The notes: generated by a model from the sequence alone, not told the origin. DNA of 64,000 nt from Candidatus Eiseniibacteriota bacterium (GCA_038231135.1 JBBRLX010000024.1:1-64000), one strand, 5' to 3'; shown: positions 9,813-19,989, counted from the first letter of the stretch. Translations and numbers: made by a program.

Positions 9813-10634
9813 ATGGACCGCCACAACCTCACCCACTCGCTGTTTGGGACGTCGCGCGCGCTGATCGGCATGCTGCACCTGGGCGCCCTGCCCGGCAGCC
9901 CGGCGCACAACCTGGATCTCGACGCGATCATCTCCCGCGCCGTCGAAGAGGCGCGCATCTACCGCGACGCCGGGTTCCATGCGCTGGCGATCGAGAACAT
10001 GCACGACCGCCCGTACCTCAATCGCGTCGCCGGGCCTGAGACGGTCGCGGCGATGGCGGTGGTGGGCTACGAGGTGCGCCGCGCGGTGTCGCTGCCGCTC
10101 GGCGTCCAGGTGCTGGCGGGCGCCAACGAGGCGGCGATCGCGGTGGCGCTGGCGTGCGGGGCGTGCTTCGTGCGTGCCGAGGGCTTCGTGTTCGCGCACG
10201 TCGCCGACGAGGGCACGATGGACAGTGACGCGGGCACGCTGCTGCGTTACCGCGACCGGATCGACGCGGAGCACGTACGGGTGTTCGCCGACATCAAGAA
10301 GAAGCATTCGTCCCACGCCATCACCGCCGACGTCAGCCTCGCCGACACCGCGCGCGCCGCGGAGTTCTTCCTCGCCGACGGCGTGATCGTGACCGGCACC
10401 GCGACCGGCCGCGAGACCGACTCCGCCGATGTGCGCTCGGTCGCGGCGGCGGTGAACGTGCCGGTGTTCGTCGGCTCCGGCGTCACTCCCGAAAATCTGG
10501 CGAAGTTCCCGCATGCCGACGGGTTCATCGTGGGTTCGTCGGTGAAGCGGGACGGCGTCTGGTCCAACGGCCTCGACCCGGACCGCGTGCGCGCGGTCGC
10601 CGGGGCATTCGCGAGTCTCGCGCCCGCGCGGTGA
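9813..10634 (+). CDS. BtpA/SgcQ family TIM-barrel protein
   Basis: LIGMLHLGALPGSP, IENMHDRPY, FADIKKKHS, ADGVIVTGTATG, GSGVT, IVGSSVK. Confidence 0.92.
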   Translation: MDRHNLTHSLFGTSRALIGMLHLGALPGSPAHNLDLDAIISRAVEEARIYRDAGFHALAIENMHDRPYLNRVAGPETVAAMAVVGYEVRRAVSLPLGVQVLAGANEAAIAVALACGACFVRAEGFVFAHVADEGTMDSDAGTLLRYRDRIDAEHVRVFADIKKKHSSHAITADVSLADTARAAEFFLADGVIVTGTATGRETDSADVRSVAAAVNVPVFVGSGVTPENLAKFPHADGFIVGSSVKRDGVWSNGLDPDRVRAVAGAFASLAPAR

Positions 10635-11539
10635 CGCCGGACCTGGTGTTCCTCGGCAATCTGCTGGTCGACGACATCGTGCTGCCGGACGGCCGCACGC
10701 TGCTGTGCGAGCCGGGCGGCGCGATGCTGTACTCGGCGCTGGCGGCCCGGCTGTGGGGACTGGCGGTGGGCCTCGTCACGATCGCGGGCAGCGACTATCC
10801 GCTGACGGCGCTCGATGCGCTGGCGGCGCGCGGCGTCGACCTGGCCGGCGTGCGGCCACTCGGCCGGCCCGGTGTGCGCACGTGGCTGCTCTACGAGCCG
10901 GGCACGCGACGGGTAATTCATCACCTCAATGGCCCCACGCACTTCGAGGTGTCCCCGACGACGGCGGACGTGCCCTCGGCGTGGCGCGCCGCGCGGGCGT
11001 TCCACCTGGCGCCGATGCCGATCGAGCGCCAGCGGGAGCTGGTCGAAGACCTCGCAGGGTGGTCCGCGGCCGACGGGCGGCCGCCGTTCGTTTCGCTCGA
11101 TCCGAACGCCGCCGTGGACCGCGCGACGCTGCCGGCCTGGCGGGACGCGCTGGCTCATGCGGACGCATTCCTTCCCAGCGAGGATGAGTGCGATGCTGCA
11201 GTAGAACTGCGCGATTGGGAGCGCGACCTCGCGCCCGGCCGGCCGCGGTTTCTGATCCTCAAGCGCGGCGCCGCCGGGGGCACGCTGTTCGATCGCATGA
11301 CCGGACGCGAGTGGCCATGGCAGGCGCGCGCGTATCGCGTGATCGACACGACCGGGGCGGGCGACGCGTTCGCGGGCGGCTTCCTCGCCGGCTGGCTGAG
11401 CCACGGCGACATGGACCGCTCGCTCCAGCAGGGCGTGGTGTGCGCGAGTTACGCAATCGGAGACTGGGGCGCGCGGGGCCTGATCTCGGCGACGCCGGGA
11501 GCTGCGGAACTGCGACGCGAGGAGTGGTTCGGTCGCTGA
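10631..11539 (+). CDS. PfkB/ribokinase family carbohydrate or nucleoside kinase
   Basis: GTGA overlap; PGGA N-terminal motif, LKRGAAG, DTTGAGDAFAGGF signature. Confidence 0.92.
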   Translation: MTPDLVFLGNLLVDDIVLPDGRTLLCEPGGAMLYSALAARLWGLAVGLVTIAGSDYPLTALDALAARGVDLAGVRPLGRPGVRTWLLYEPGTRRVIHHLNGPTHFEVSPTTADVPSAWRAARAFHLAPMPIERQRELVEDLAGWSAADGRPPFVSLDPNAAVDRATLPAWRDALAHADAFLPSEDECDAAVELRDWERDLAPGRPRFLILKRGAAGGTLFDRMTGREWPWQARAYRVIDTTGAGDAFAGGFLAGWLSHGDMDRSLQQGVVCASYAIGDWGARGLISATPGAAELRREEWFGR

Positions 11540-11545
11540 GCCTGA

Positions 11546-11920
11546 CTACCGGACTTCGATCGACCCCAGCATCGTCGGGTGAAACCGGCACGCATAGGAC
11601 TCGACGCCGCGCTGCGTCATCACCTGCCGCCAGGTCGCGCCGGGCGCGACCGAACCGGAATCCCAGTGCCCGCTCGTGGCGGTCGTGGTGTGGGGCAGGA
11701 TGTCCTGGTTCGACCACTCGACGGTGTCACCGGGGGCCACCTGGAGCGCCGGGGGAACGAACTTGAACTGCGCGATCCGGACCTGGTGGAGAGCGGCGTG
11801 CGGATGAGCGGTCGCGGAGCAGCCGGACAGCAGCAACACGACGAACGCCAGAGCCGGAACTCCGGCGCAAACAACTGGACCGGCGCGCTGGGTTTGGATT
11901 CGCGCGCCGGTCCGGTTCAT
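11546..11920 (-). CDS. Cupredoxin (amicyanin/plastocyanin-like) lipoprotein
   Basis: LSGC lipobox; GDTVEWSNQDILPH and YACRFHPTM type-1 copper ligands; start approximate. Confidence 0.85.
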   Translation of the reverse strand: MNRTGARIQTQRAGPVVCAGVPALAFVVLLLSGCSATAHPHAALHQVRIAQFKFVPPALQVAPGDTVEWSNQDILPHTTTATSGHWDSGSVAPGATWRQVMTQRGVESYACRFHPTMLGSIEVR

Positions 11921-11936
11921 CGGATTCGGTATTCGA

Positions 11937-12548
11937 CTACTTGGTGGCCAGCGACTGCTGAACCTGCTTCGCGTGCTCGAGATGCGCGGCGAACGCCGGG
12001 CGCACGTTCTGGAGCAGTGACTTGAGGTCGGCATTCTGGGCGCCCGGGATGAGCGTGTTGTCGATCATGCTCAGCACGGCTTCGTGATACGCCACCTCGT
12101 TGTCGATGTAGGCCTTGTCGAATTCGGCGCCCTTACGAGTCTTGAGCGTATCCCGCATCGCGTCGCCATTCGACTTGAGCTGCTTGCTCGCCTCGTTGTC
12201 CTCGGGTGTCAGATTGACACGCTTCGCCAGGTCGGACGCCTGCTTGTTGACCGACGTGTGGTCCGTGATCATCTGCTCGGCGAACGCCTTCACCTTCGAA
12301 TTCTTCGACGTCGACTTGGCCAGCTCACCGGCCTTGACGTCGACATCGTTGGCGGCGACCACGATCGCGGCAATGTTGCCATCGGTCATGGTCGTGGCCG
12401 GCGCCGGAGTGGCACTCGTCGAGGTGTCGGGACCGGCGGGGGTGGCCGAGGTGTTCTCGGTCGTTTCCGTCTTCTTGGCGCATGAGGACACGGCGGCGAC
12501 GAGGAACAGTGTGGCGAACAGTGTTGTGACGCGACGGATTGGTGACAT
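11937..12548 (-). CDS. DUF4142 domain lipoprotein
   Basis: GGAGG SD; VSSC lipobox; VKAFAEQMITDH, FDKAYIDNEVAYH, HLEHAK. Confidence 0.85.
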   Translation of the reverse strand: MSPIRRVTTLFATLFLVAAVSSCAKKTETTENTSATPAGPDTSTSATPAPATTMTDGNIAAIVVAANDVDVKAGELAKSTSKNSKVKAFAEQMITDHTSVNKQASDLAKRVNLTPEDNEASKQLKSNGDAMRDTLKTRKGAEFDKAYIDNEVAYHEAVLSMIDNTLIPGAQNADLKSLLQNVRPAFAAHLEHAKQVQQSLATK

Positions 12549-12748
12549 TGATGCCTCCAGGGGCTGGGGCCAATTTCCGCAAGCGACCACCATACGGCAA
12601 TCCTTGCACTTCTTACAGCGCACGCAATGGATCCGGCTGCCGGGACGCCGCAGCCGGCGACACACGTACACGGTGGACGCAGAGACGCCATGTCGTTGCG
12701 CGCCACGGAGAAGCCGTTCCAGCGCCGCGTCCGGCATAGTACACCCAA

Positions 12749-13546
12749 TTACCAATCGCCTACCGAATTCGTGCGTACTGCACGCCCCATGCCAGCCGCT
12801 GGGCCGGGGACCTCGTACACGTAGACGCCGAATCCCAGCGTGTCGCGGCCCCACCGCTCGTATGCGGCGCGCCACGCGCCGATCCGGGCGAGCATCGCGT
12901 CGCGGTCCGGATCGTCCGGGTGCTCCGCGGCGAATCGTTCGACGGCCGCGGCGTAGGGATGCTCGTACGCGTCCCATTCGGCGTCGGTGCTGGCGAACGA
13001 CCCCCGCGGCACGAGCCCCAGCGACACTCCCGTGGCGAGATTCGCGGCGTGGGTCGTTAACTCGTCCGCGCCGCTGCCGAGCACGGCAAGGTATTCGGGA
13101 TCCGGCTCGCGCTTCCAGTACCCGTCCCCCGCGGCGATGCGACCGCCGGGTCGCACGCAGCTTGTGAGTTCGCGCAACGCATCCGTGAGGTGGCCGAACG
13201 CGTGCGTGGCGCCGATGCATAGCGCGGCCGCGAAGCGCCCCGGCTCGAAGGCGGCATCCTCCCAGCGACCGCCGACGAGCTCGAGCGCGCCCGGTGGAAC
13301 GCGGCGCTCCGCCTGCGCGCGCGCGTCAGCCAGGAACGCGGCGTTGGGATCCACGCCGGTGCCCGTCGCGCCGTGGCGCTCGATCGCGCGGATCAGCATC
13401 TCAGCCTTGCCGCAGCCCACGTCGAGCACCGGGGCTCCGGGTGCGAGCGCGAGCGCATCCACGATCGCGTCGGCCGTCGCGGGCGCGAGTGGACTCAGGA
13501 TCCGATGGCCCTGATGGGCGATCGTGGAATACCGCATGCGGTCCAT
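12749..13546 (-). CDS. Class I SAM-dependent methyltransferase
   Basis: C-terminal part of ORF 12749..14896; VLDVGCGKAE, GTGVDP, VRPGG. Confidence 0.85.
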   Translation of the reverse strand: MDRMRYSTIAHQGHRILSPLAPATADAIVDALALAPGAPVLDVGCGKAEMLIRAIERHGATGTGVDPNAAFLADARAQAERRVPPGALELVGGRWEDAAFEPGRFAAALCIGATHAFGHLTDALRELTSCVRPGGRIAAGDGYWKREPDPEYLAVLGSGADELTTHAANLATGVSLGLVPRGSFASTDAEWDAYEHPYAAAVERFAAEHPDDPDRDAMLARIGAWRAAYERWGRDTLGFGVYVYEVPGPAAGMGRAVRTNSVGDW

Positions 13547-13564
13547 TTCGCTTAGTGTCGCAGA

Positions 13565-14473
13565 ATGCTCGATCGCCTGCTCGTCGCCGACTCCGTCGCC
13601 GCCGCACTGGCCGCCCGCCGGCCGGTCGTCGCGCTCGAGACCACGCTCGTCACGCATGGCCTGCCGGCGCCCGAGGGCGTGGCGGTCGCGCTCGAGCTGG
13701 AACGCGTTGTGGAGCGCGCGGGGGCGGTGCCGGCCACGATCGGCGTGCTCGCGGGCCAGGTGCACGTGGGCATGTCCGGCGCCGAACTCGGCCGGCTCGC
13801 CGCCGCGCCCGGCGTCACGAAGCTCAACCTCGGCAATTTCGCGGCGCACGTCGCGGCCGGAGGCTCCGGGTCCACGACCGTGGCGGCCACACTGTTCGTC
13901 GCCGCGCGCGCCGGCATTCCGGTGTTCGCCACCGGCGGCATCGGGGGCGTGCATCGCGACTCCGCCGCGACGGGCGACGTGTCCGCCGACCTCGTCGCCC
14001 TCGCGCGCTGGCCGGTGGCGGTGGTGTGCGCGGGCGCCAAGGCGATCCTCGATCTGCCGATGACCGTGGAGCGGCTCGAAACGCTCGGCGTGCCGGTGCT
14101 GGGATTCCAGACCGACCGGTTCCCCGCGTTCTATCGGCGCGACAGTGGGCTTCGCGTCGACCGGCGCTGCGACGACGTGCCGGCGCTGGCGGCGGCCGTG
14201 CGCGCGCAATTCGAGCTGGGGCTCGGGACGGGCGTGCTGGTGACGAATCCGATTCCCGCAGCCGACGAACTGCCGCGCGAGCTGTACGAGCGCTCGCTGG
14301 CGACGGCACTCGCGGACGCCGCGACGGGCGGCATGCGCGGGCGCGACGTGACGCCGTTCCTGCTCGAACGGATGCGCGTCCTTACCGGTGGCGCGAGCGT
14401 GGCGGCGAACCGGGCGCTGCTGGTGAACAACGCGCGCCTCGCCGCCGAACTCGCGGTCGAACTGTCGCGCTGA
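13565..14473 (+). CDS. psuG: Pseudouridine-5'-phosphate glycosidase
   Basis: VALETTLVTHGLP, VPATIG, TTVAAT, FATGGIGGVHR, DVSADL, AGAKAILD, VTPFLL. Confidence 0.93.
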   Translation: MLDRLLVADSVAAALAARRPVVALETTLVTHGLPAPEGVAVALELERVVERAGAVPATIGVLAGQVHVGMSGAELGRLAAAPGVTKLNLGNFAAHVAAGGSGSTTVAATLFVAARAGIPVFATGGIGGVHRDSAATGDVSADLVALARWPVAVVCAGAKAILDLPMTVERLETLGVPVLGFQTDRFPAFYRRDSGLRVDRRCDDVPALAAAVRAQFELGLGTGVLVTNPIPAADELPRELYERSLATALADAATGGMRGRDVTPFLLERMRVLTGGASVAANRALLVNNARLAAELAVELSR

Positions 14474-14645
14474 AGCTCGAGGGCGCCGCGTGATCCTGCC
14501 GCGGCACAGCACACCCGCCCGCCGAACGTAGCCATTCCGGCCACGGGCGCGGACGCCTCCGCGTTCGTCCGATGGCGTCGGCCGCGCCGAAACCCCCCAA
14601 CCTTTTGACACGTAGATTTGTCCAATCGCAGGCATCCATTGTTGC

Positions 14646-17303
14646 GTGTTCGATATGGCAAGGAGCTCCCCCATGCTGCCATGCGTATGTTCATTGATCC
14701 TGGCCGCCGCATCCGCGCTTGTGGATTCCTCGGCACACGCCGCCGGCGCGTCCGCCATGGAAGTCCGTGCCGTTCGTACTCCGTCGAGCGTCACGGTCGA
14801 CGGCACGTTGAGCGAAGCCGCGTGGCAATCGGCGCCCGTGGAGACCACGTTCATCATGCGGGATCCGGTCGAGAACGGCCGGCCCAGCCAGCGCACCGAG
14901 GTGCGGGTGCTGTTCGACGACGATGCGATCTACGTCGGCGCTCGCATGTACGACACGGCGCCGGACTCGATCATCGCCCGGCTGTCGCGACGCGACGTGG
15001 GCGTGCCGGCCGACAAGTTCACCGTGTATCTCGATCCCTATCACGATCAGCGCAGCGGGTATTACTTCCAGATCAACGCCGCGGGCACGCTGTTCGACGG
15101 CACACTGACGAACGACGACTGGAGCGACGACTCGTGGGACGGAGTGTGGGAGGGGCACGCGAAGATCGACAGGCAGGGCTGGACGGCCGAGCTCCGCATC
15201 CCGTTTTCGCAGCTGCGGTTCCGCGACACGTCCGTGTGGGGGATCAATTTCGGCCGCTTCATCCAGCGCTCGGCCGAACAGGACAACGTGGTGATCCGGC
15301 GCAAGAACGCCAGCGGCTTCGTATCCCGCTTCCCGCATCTCGTCGGGCTGTCGGCGACGCCGCGGCGCTCGATCGAGGTGCTGCCCTACCTGACGAACAA
15401 GGCCGAGATGCTCCAGCACGCGCCGCACGACCCGTTCCATCAGGGCACCCGCATGGAGCCGGCGGGCGGCGGCGACCTGCGCATGGGGATCGGCAGTGGG
15501 CTCACGCTCAACGCCACCGTGAACCCCGATTTCGGACAGGTCGAAGTGGACCCGGCGGTCGTCAACCTCAGCGACGTGGAATCGTTCTTCCAGGAGAAGC
15601 GGCCGTTCTTCGTCGAGAATTCGTCGATCTTCGACTTCGGTCAGCAGGGAGCGTCGGACTACTGGGGCTTCAACTGGCCGCAGCCGACGTTCTTCTACAG
15701 CCGCCGCATCGGCCGCGCGCCGCAGGGCGGCGTGCCCGACGCGGAGTTCAGCGACGTACCCGTCGGCACCACGATTCTCGGCGCCGCGAAGCTCACGGGC
15801 AAGATCGGCAGCGCGTGGAACTTCGGCTCGCTGAACGCGGTCACCGCGCGCGAACAGGCGCACCTGGAAACCGGCGGGTTCCGCAACGACGCCGAGATCG
15901 AGCCGCTTACCTACTACGGTGTGATGCGCGGGCTGCGCGAGTTCAAGAACCGCCAGCGGGGATTCGGCCTGATGGGCACCGTGGCCCAGCGCCAGTTCGA
16001 CGGCCCGGGCCTCGAGGACCAGCTCAACCATCAGTCCGTGATGTCCGGATTCGACGGGTGGACGTTCCTCGACAAGAACCAGGAATGGGTGATCTCGGGC
16101 TGGTCGGCGATGTCGTACGTCCAGGGAACCCAGGCGCGGATCAGTGCCCTGCAGCAGAGCTCGCGGCACTACTTCCAGCGCCCCGACGCGCCCGAGGTCA
16201 CGTTCGACCCGAACGCGACCTCGCTCACCGGCTTCGGCAGCCGGTATTACCTGAACAAGCAGAAGGGGAAGTCGTTCCTGAACGCGGCGGTCGGGTTCAT
16301 GGATCCCAGGTTCGACGTGTCCGACGTCGGATTCCAGACGCGCTCGGACGTGATCAATTCACACGTGGGCGCCGGCTACAAGTGGACGAACACGACGAAG
16401 TGGCGCAAGTACCAGGATGTGATGGGGGCGGTGTTCGAATCCTGGGACTTCGCCGGCAATCCGATCTGGGGCGGCGGATACGCGGCGGGCTCGACCGAGT
16501 TCTACAACAACTACAGCTGGAACTACAGCGTCGCCTACAACCCGGAGACGATCACGAACCGCCTCACGCGCGGCGGGCCGCTGATGAAGAACAAGCCGGG
16601 CTACGAAGCCACGATGTACTTCGACACCGACAACAAAGACATGCTGTTCTACTCGATCAGCGGATACAGCTACACCCAGCCCGAAGCCGCGGCTTTGAAC
16701 TGGAACGTGTTCCCGGCCGTGGAGTGGAAGCCGGTATCGAACCTGGTATTCAGCGTCGGCCCCGGCTACGAGAAGGTGAAGTCGACCGCGCAATACGTGA
16801 CGACGTTCCAGGACGCGTCCGCCACCGACACGTTCGGGGCGCGCTACGTGTTCGCGAATCTCGACCAGACGACCGTGTCGGCGAATCTGCGGCTCAACTG
16901 CTCGTTCACGCCGAACCTCAGCGTGCAGTTGTTCGCGCAGCCGCTGATCTCGTCGGGCAGGTACACCGACTACAAGGAGCTGGCATTCCCGAGGTCGTAT
17001 GCGTTCCGCCACTACGGATCGAACACCACGTTCGATCCCGCGACCGGCCAGGTCGATCCCGACGGCCCCGGCCCGATCACGGCGATCGCCCGGCCCGACC
17101 TCAATTTCAAGTCGCTGCGCGGTAACGCCGTGCTGCGCTGGGAATACGTCCCGGGATCGACGCTCTATCTGGTATGGACCCAGGAGCGCACCGACAACGA
17201 GGACCAGGGCGAATTCAACCTCGGCCAGAACACGCGCCGACTGTTGAAGGCGGACGCGAACAACATCTTCCTGGCGAAGGTGTCCTACTATTTCAACTTG
17301 TAG
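14646..17303 (+). CDS. CBM9-like / DUF5916 outer-membrane protein
   Basis: Signal peptide; VDGTLSEAAW, TEVRVLFD, WTAELRIPFSQLRF, NPDFGQVEVD, EKRPFF; aromatic beta-barrel C-terminus KVSYYFNL. Confidence 0.85.
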   Translation: MFDMARSSPMLPCVCSLILAAASALVDSSAHAAGASAMEVRAVRTPSSVTVDGTLSEAAWQSAPVETTFIMRDPVENGRPSQRTEVRVLFDDDAIYVGARMYDTAPDSIIARLSRRDVGVPADKFTVYLDPYHDQRSGYYFQINAAGTLFDGTLTNDDWSDDSWDGVWEGHAKIDRQGWTAELRIPFSQLRFRDTSVWGINFGRFIQRSAEQDNVVIRRKNASGFVSRFPHLVGLSATPRRSIEVLPYLTNKAEMLQHAPHDPFHQGTRMEPAGGGDLRMGIGSGLTLNATVNPDFGQVEVDPAVVNLSDVESFFQEKRPFFVENSSIFDFGQQGASDYWGFNWPQPTFFYSRRIGRAPQGGVPDAEFSDVPVGTTILGAAKLTGKIGSAWNFGSLNAVTAREQAHLETGGFRNDAEIEPLTYYGVMRGLREFKNRQRGFGLMGTVAQRQFDGPGLEDQLNHQSVMSGFDGWTFLDKNQEWVISGWSAMSYVQGTQARISALQQSSRHYFQRPDAPEVTFDPNATSLTGFGSRYYLNKQKGKSFLNAAVGFMDPRFDVSDVGFQTRSDVINSHVGAGYKWTNTTKWRKYQDVMGAVFESWDFAGNPIWGGGYAAGSTEFYNNYSWNYSVAYNPETITNRLTRGGPLMKNKPGYEATMYFDTDNKDMLFYSISGYSYTQPEAAALNWNVFPAVEWKPVSNLVFSVGPGYEKVKSTAQYVTTFQDASATDTFGARYVFANLDQTTVSANLRLNCSFTPNLSVQLFAQPLISSGRYTDYKELAFPRSYAFRHYGSNTTFDPATGQVDPDGPGPITAIARPDLNFKSLRGNAVLRWEYVPGSTLYLVWTQERTDNEDQGEFNLGQNTRRLLKADANNIFLAKVSYYFNL

Positions 17304-17336
17304 GAGTTCTCTGCTCTTGACCGGGTGGGGAAATGC

Positions 17337-17375
17337 GAAACGCCGGAGCGCATTCTCACTCCGGCGTTTCTGTTT
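17337..17375. terminator. Probable bidirectional intrinsic terminator
   Basis: GAAACGCCGGAG-loop-CTCCGGCGTTTC hairpin between convergent genes, followed by TGTTT. Confidence 0.7.
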
Positions 17376-17389
17376 GCCCGCGGCGACCG

Positions 17390-18304
17390 CTATCGCATCA
17401 GCGTGATCTTATGCACCGCAGGTAGCGCGCCGGGGGCTGCGAGGCGGGCGAAGTACAGACCGTTGGGCACTCGGACGCCGGCGTCGTTGCGGCCGTCCCA
17501 CACGGCGCTGCCGCGGCCCGCGGCGCGGACGCCGTAGGTCAAAGTGCGGATGCGCCGGCCGGTGAGGTCGTAGAGTGAGAGCTCCACGATGCCGGGTTTG
17601 GCGATCGAGAAGTGCAGCTCGGTGCGGCCGTGCGAGGGATTGGGCCACGGCCGCGAAAACACCGTGCGGTCGCGGATCAACTCGGTCACTGCGGCGTTGA
17701 CGAACGTCATGCTGTCGGCGGCGGTGAAGATCCAGTCGTGGCTGCTGAGAAAGTCACCGTTCGCGGAGTTGCCGGCCGCGAAGAAATACACTTTGCCGGC
17801 CGGATAGTCGGGCGAGTGCCATATGAAGTTCCATTCGACCGGACCCAGGTCTCCGGTGTGGGCGCCGCTCGCATTGTGTTCGATGTACTTGCGGCTCGGA
17901 TCAAAGGGGATCGCGGAAGTCGTGGCGATCTGGTTGCCGGGGCTCGGGATGAACGTGCCGTAGCCGGTGCCGGAGTCCGACCGCACCGCCGTCATCTGGA
18001 ATCCCCAATGCAGGGAATCGACCGGCAGCGGACTCCAGGTGTGTGCGAGGCGCACCCGTACCGGATAGTCGGTCGAGATGTCGAACTGCTCGGGCAGATC
18101 GAGAATTTCGAGCTGTCCGCTGGGATCGTTGAGCGGTTGCTGCGATGGATCGTGGCAGTACTGGCAGTTGACCTCGGACGCCTTGCCGCCCACGGACCAT
18201 GCGCCCGTGACGCCCCGCGGTGGTCCGTTGAGTCTCGCGAACGCGCCCGTGGCGCCGCACAACAACACGGCCACGACGAGCAAACGCAACAGGGTTCGGC
18301 TCAT
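17390..18304 (-). CDS. Secreted Reeler/choice-of-anchor V-like protein with FlgD/T9SS-like C-terminal domain
   Basis: Signal peptide; NCQYCH, WGFQMTA, WNFIW.SP, FFAAGNSANGD; CTD PWPNP...LYDLTGRRIRTL...WDGRND.G..VPNGLYFARL. Confidence 0.8.
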   Translation of the reverse strand: MSRTLLRLLVVAVLLCGATGAFARLNGPPRGVTGAWSVGGKASEVNCQYCHDPSQQPLNDPSGQLEILDLPEQFDISTDYPVRVRLAHTWSPLPVDSLHWGFQMTAVRSDSGTGYGTFIPSPGNQIATTSAIPFDPSRKYIEHNASGAHTGDLGPVEWNFIWHSPDYPAGKVYFFAAGNSANGDFLSSHDWIFTAADSMTFVNAAVTELIRDRTVFSRPWPNPSHGRTELHFSIAKPGIVELSLYDLTGRRIRTLTYGVRAAGRGSAVWDGRNDAGVRVPNGLYFARLAAPGALPAVHKITLMR

Positions 18305-18622
18305 GGAGGGACAGTCTCCGAAGCGGGTAACGGATCGAACTCGGTCGTCGGGGCGGGGGGAGTGCCGGGGAAAGCCCTTTAACGATACCCCGAAACCGGG
18401 CGGTTTCGTACGGAGTTTTTTCGCCCGTTACGGCGGAACGCCTGAGGGGTTGGCCCCAGAACCGGCACGGGCGCAAATAGTTGCGTCGTCGGACCCGTGC
18501 GGCCCCGGGAGCTGCGGCACGATCAGGTTGTGCGAGAGGTTGCGGCCGATGGGCGCTGGAGTATCCTTAGAACGCACTCGAGGCCAGGTTCGCGCGGCCT
18601 CGAGACTGCCAGGGGGGCCGCC

Positions 18623-19975
18623 ATGAACCGTCCAGTCCCAAGCTTTCGCAGTCGGTGTGCAGTCGCTCTGGCCGCCTGCCTGCTCGCCGCGTTCATCCCA
18701 TCGACTTCGCGATCGGCGAGTGGCAGCGACGGAACCTGGATTCAGGCGGGTTCGGCCCCGTTCGATGCCTCGGGTGGCGGGCTCACGGCGGTCTCGAGAC
18801 CGACCCTCGAGGCCTTTGTCTTTGGCGGCTTCACGACAAACGGCGTGGATCCCAGTCCTTCCGCGGAAGGGTGCCGCGTCGCGCTCAACGGCCAGTCCTC
18901 CATCCCGATGGCCCCAGGACCGGCGGTGGGCGATCACTCGGCCATCTATGACGCGGACTACGACCGCATGGTCGTGTTCGGCGGGGATCACGTCTACGGC
19001 GCCAACCCTGTCACCGACGAGCTGTGGGTGTTCGGGGTGGACGCGAACTCCCAGTGGACCTGGTCGCTGCTCGATGCCGCGGGCACGCCGCCATCGCCAC
19101 GTCGCAGTCATTCGGCCATCTACGATCCGATCGCCCATCGGATGATCGTGTTCGGCGGTACAGACAAGCCGTGGTTGCTGAGCGGCGGCAACACCACGTT
19201 CGACGACGTGTTCCTGCTCTCGCTGGGCGGTCCGCCGACATGGTCGGCCGTCCCGCACGCGGGTCCGTGGCCTGCACCACGCAGCGGTCACACGGCGGTC
19301 TACGACCCGACAGGTGATCGAATGATCGTGTTCGGAGGCCGCGGCGCCGATGGCACGCTGCTGAACGATGTGTGGGCACTCGAGCTGCGCCCGCAACTGC
19401 AATGGGTCCAGCTCAGCCCCACGGGCCCGCCGCCCCCCGAGCGTGAGGGGCACACCTCGATCGTCGATGACAGCCGGCAACGAATGGTAGTGTTCGGGGG
19501 GACCGGCTCAGCCGCGGACGTCTGGTCGTTGTCGCTGAACGGACCCCCCGCATGGAGCCAGCTCGCGCCGGACGGAACGCCCCCCGGTTCTGGAAACAAT
19601 GCGGCGGTCTGCGATTTCGGGGACGATCGAATGATGTTGTTTCACGGGACCGGCGAGGTGTGGTTGCTGCAGTGGTCTTTCCCGCTGGCAGTTGAGAATG
19701 GCGCGCGCGATGTCGCGCTCCGCATCGACGGCGTGAGCCCGAACCCCTCGCTCGGCCCGATCGACGTGCGCTACACGCTTCCCGCCGGCCGCGGCGGCCT
19801 GCTCGAGTTGCTGGACGTGTCCGGACGGTGCATCGCCCGGCGCGCCGTGCTCGGCGCGGGCGGCGTTCACTCCGAGTACCTCGAGACACCCCACGCCCTT
19901 GCGCCCGGGATCTATCTGGTTCGCATCTCGAGCCGGGGCGAGGTCGCGACGCGGCGGGTGGCTGTCACGCGGTGA
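18623..19975 (+). CDS. Secreted Kelch-repeat beta-propeller protein with T9SS-like C-terminal domain
   Basis: Repeated H(S/T)A(I/V)YD..DRM(I/V)VFGG...W; CTD VSPNP...LDVSGR...APGIYLVR. Confidence 0.85.
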   Translation: MNRPVPSFRSRCAVALAACLLAAFIPSTSRSASGSDGTWIQAGSAPFDASGGGLTAVSRPTLEAFVFGGFTTNGVDPSPSAEGCRVALNGQSSIPMAPGPAVGDHSAIYDADYDRMVVFGGDHVYGANPVTDELWVFGVDANSQWTWSLLDAAGTPPSPRRSHSAIYDPIAHRMIVFGGTDKPWLLSGGNTTFDDVFLLSLGGPPTWSAVPHAGPWPAPRSGHTAVYDPTGDRMIVFGGRGADGTLLNDVWALELRPQLQWVQLSPTGPPPPEREGHTSIVDDSRQRMVVFGGTGSAADVWSLSLNGPPAWSQLAPDGTPPGSGNNAAVCDFGDDRMMLFHGTGEVWLLQWSFPLAVENGARDVALRIDGVSPNPSLGPIDVRYTLPAGRGGLLELLDVSGRCIARRAVLGAGGVHSEYLETPHALAPGIYLVRISSRGEVATRRVAVTR

Positions 19976-19989
19976 CGGAACCGGCGACG

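Noticed and set aside
14605..14625. TTGACA with imperfect inverted repeat upstream of the DUF5916 gene
   Set aside because: No correctly spaced -10 and the palindrome is weak
18305..18622. Riboswitch in the divergent intergenic region (CGAAACC/GGTTTCG hairpin)
   Set aside because: Only a short hairpin; no match to a riboswitch consensus I can recognise; needs an Rfam scan
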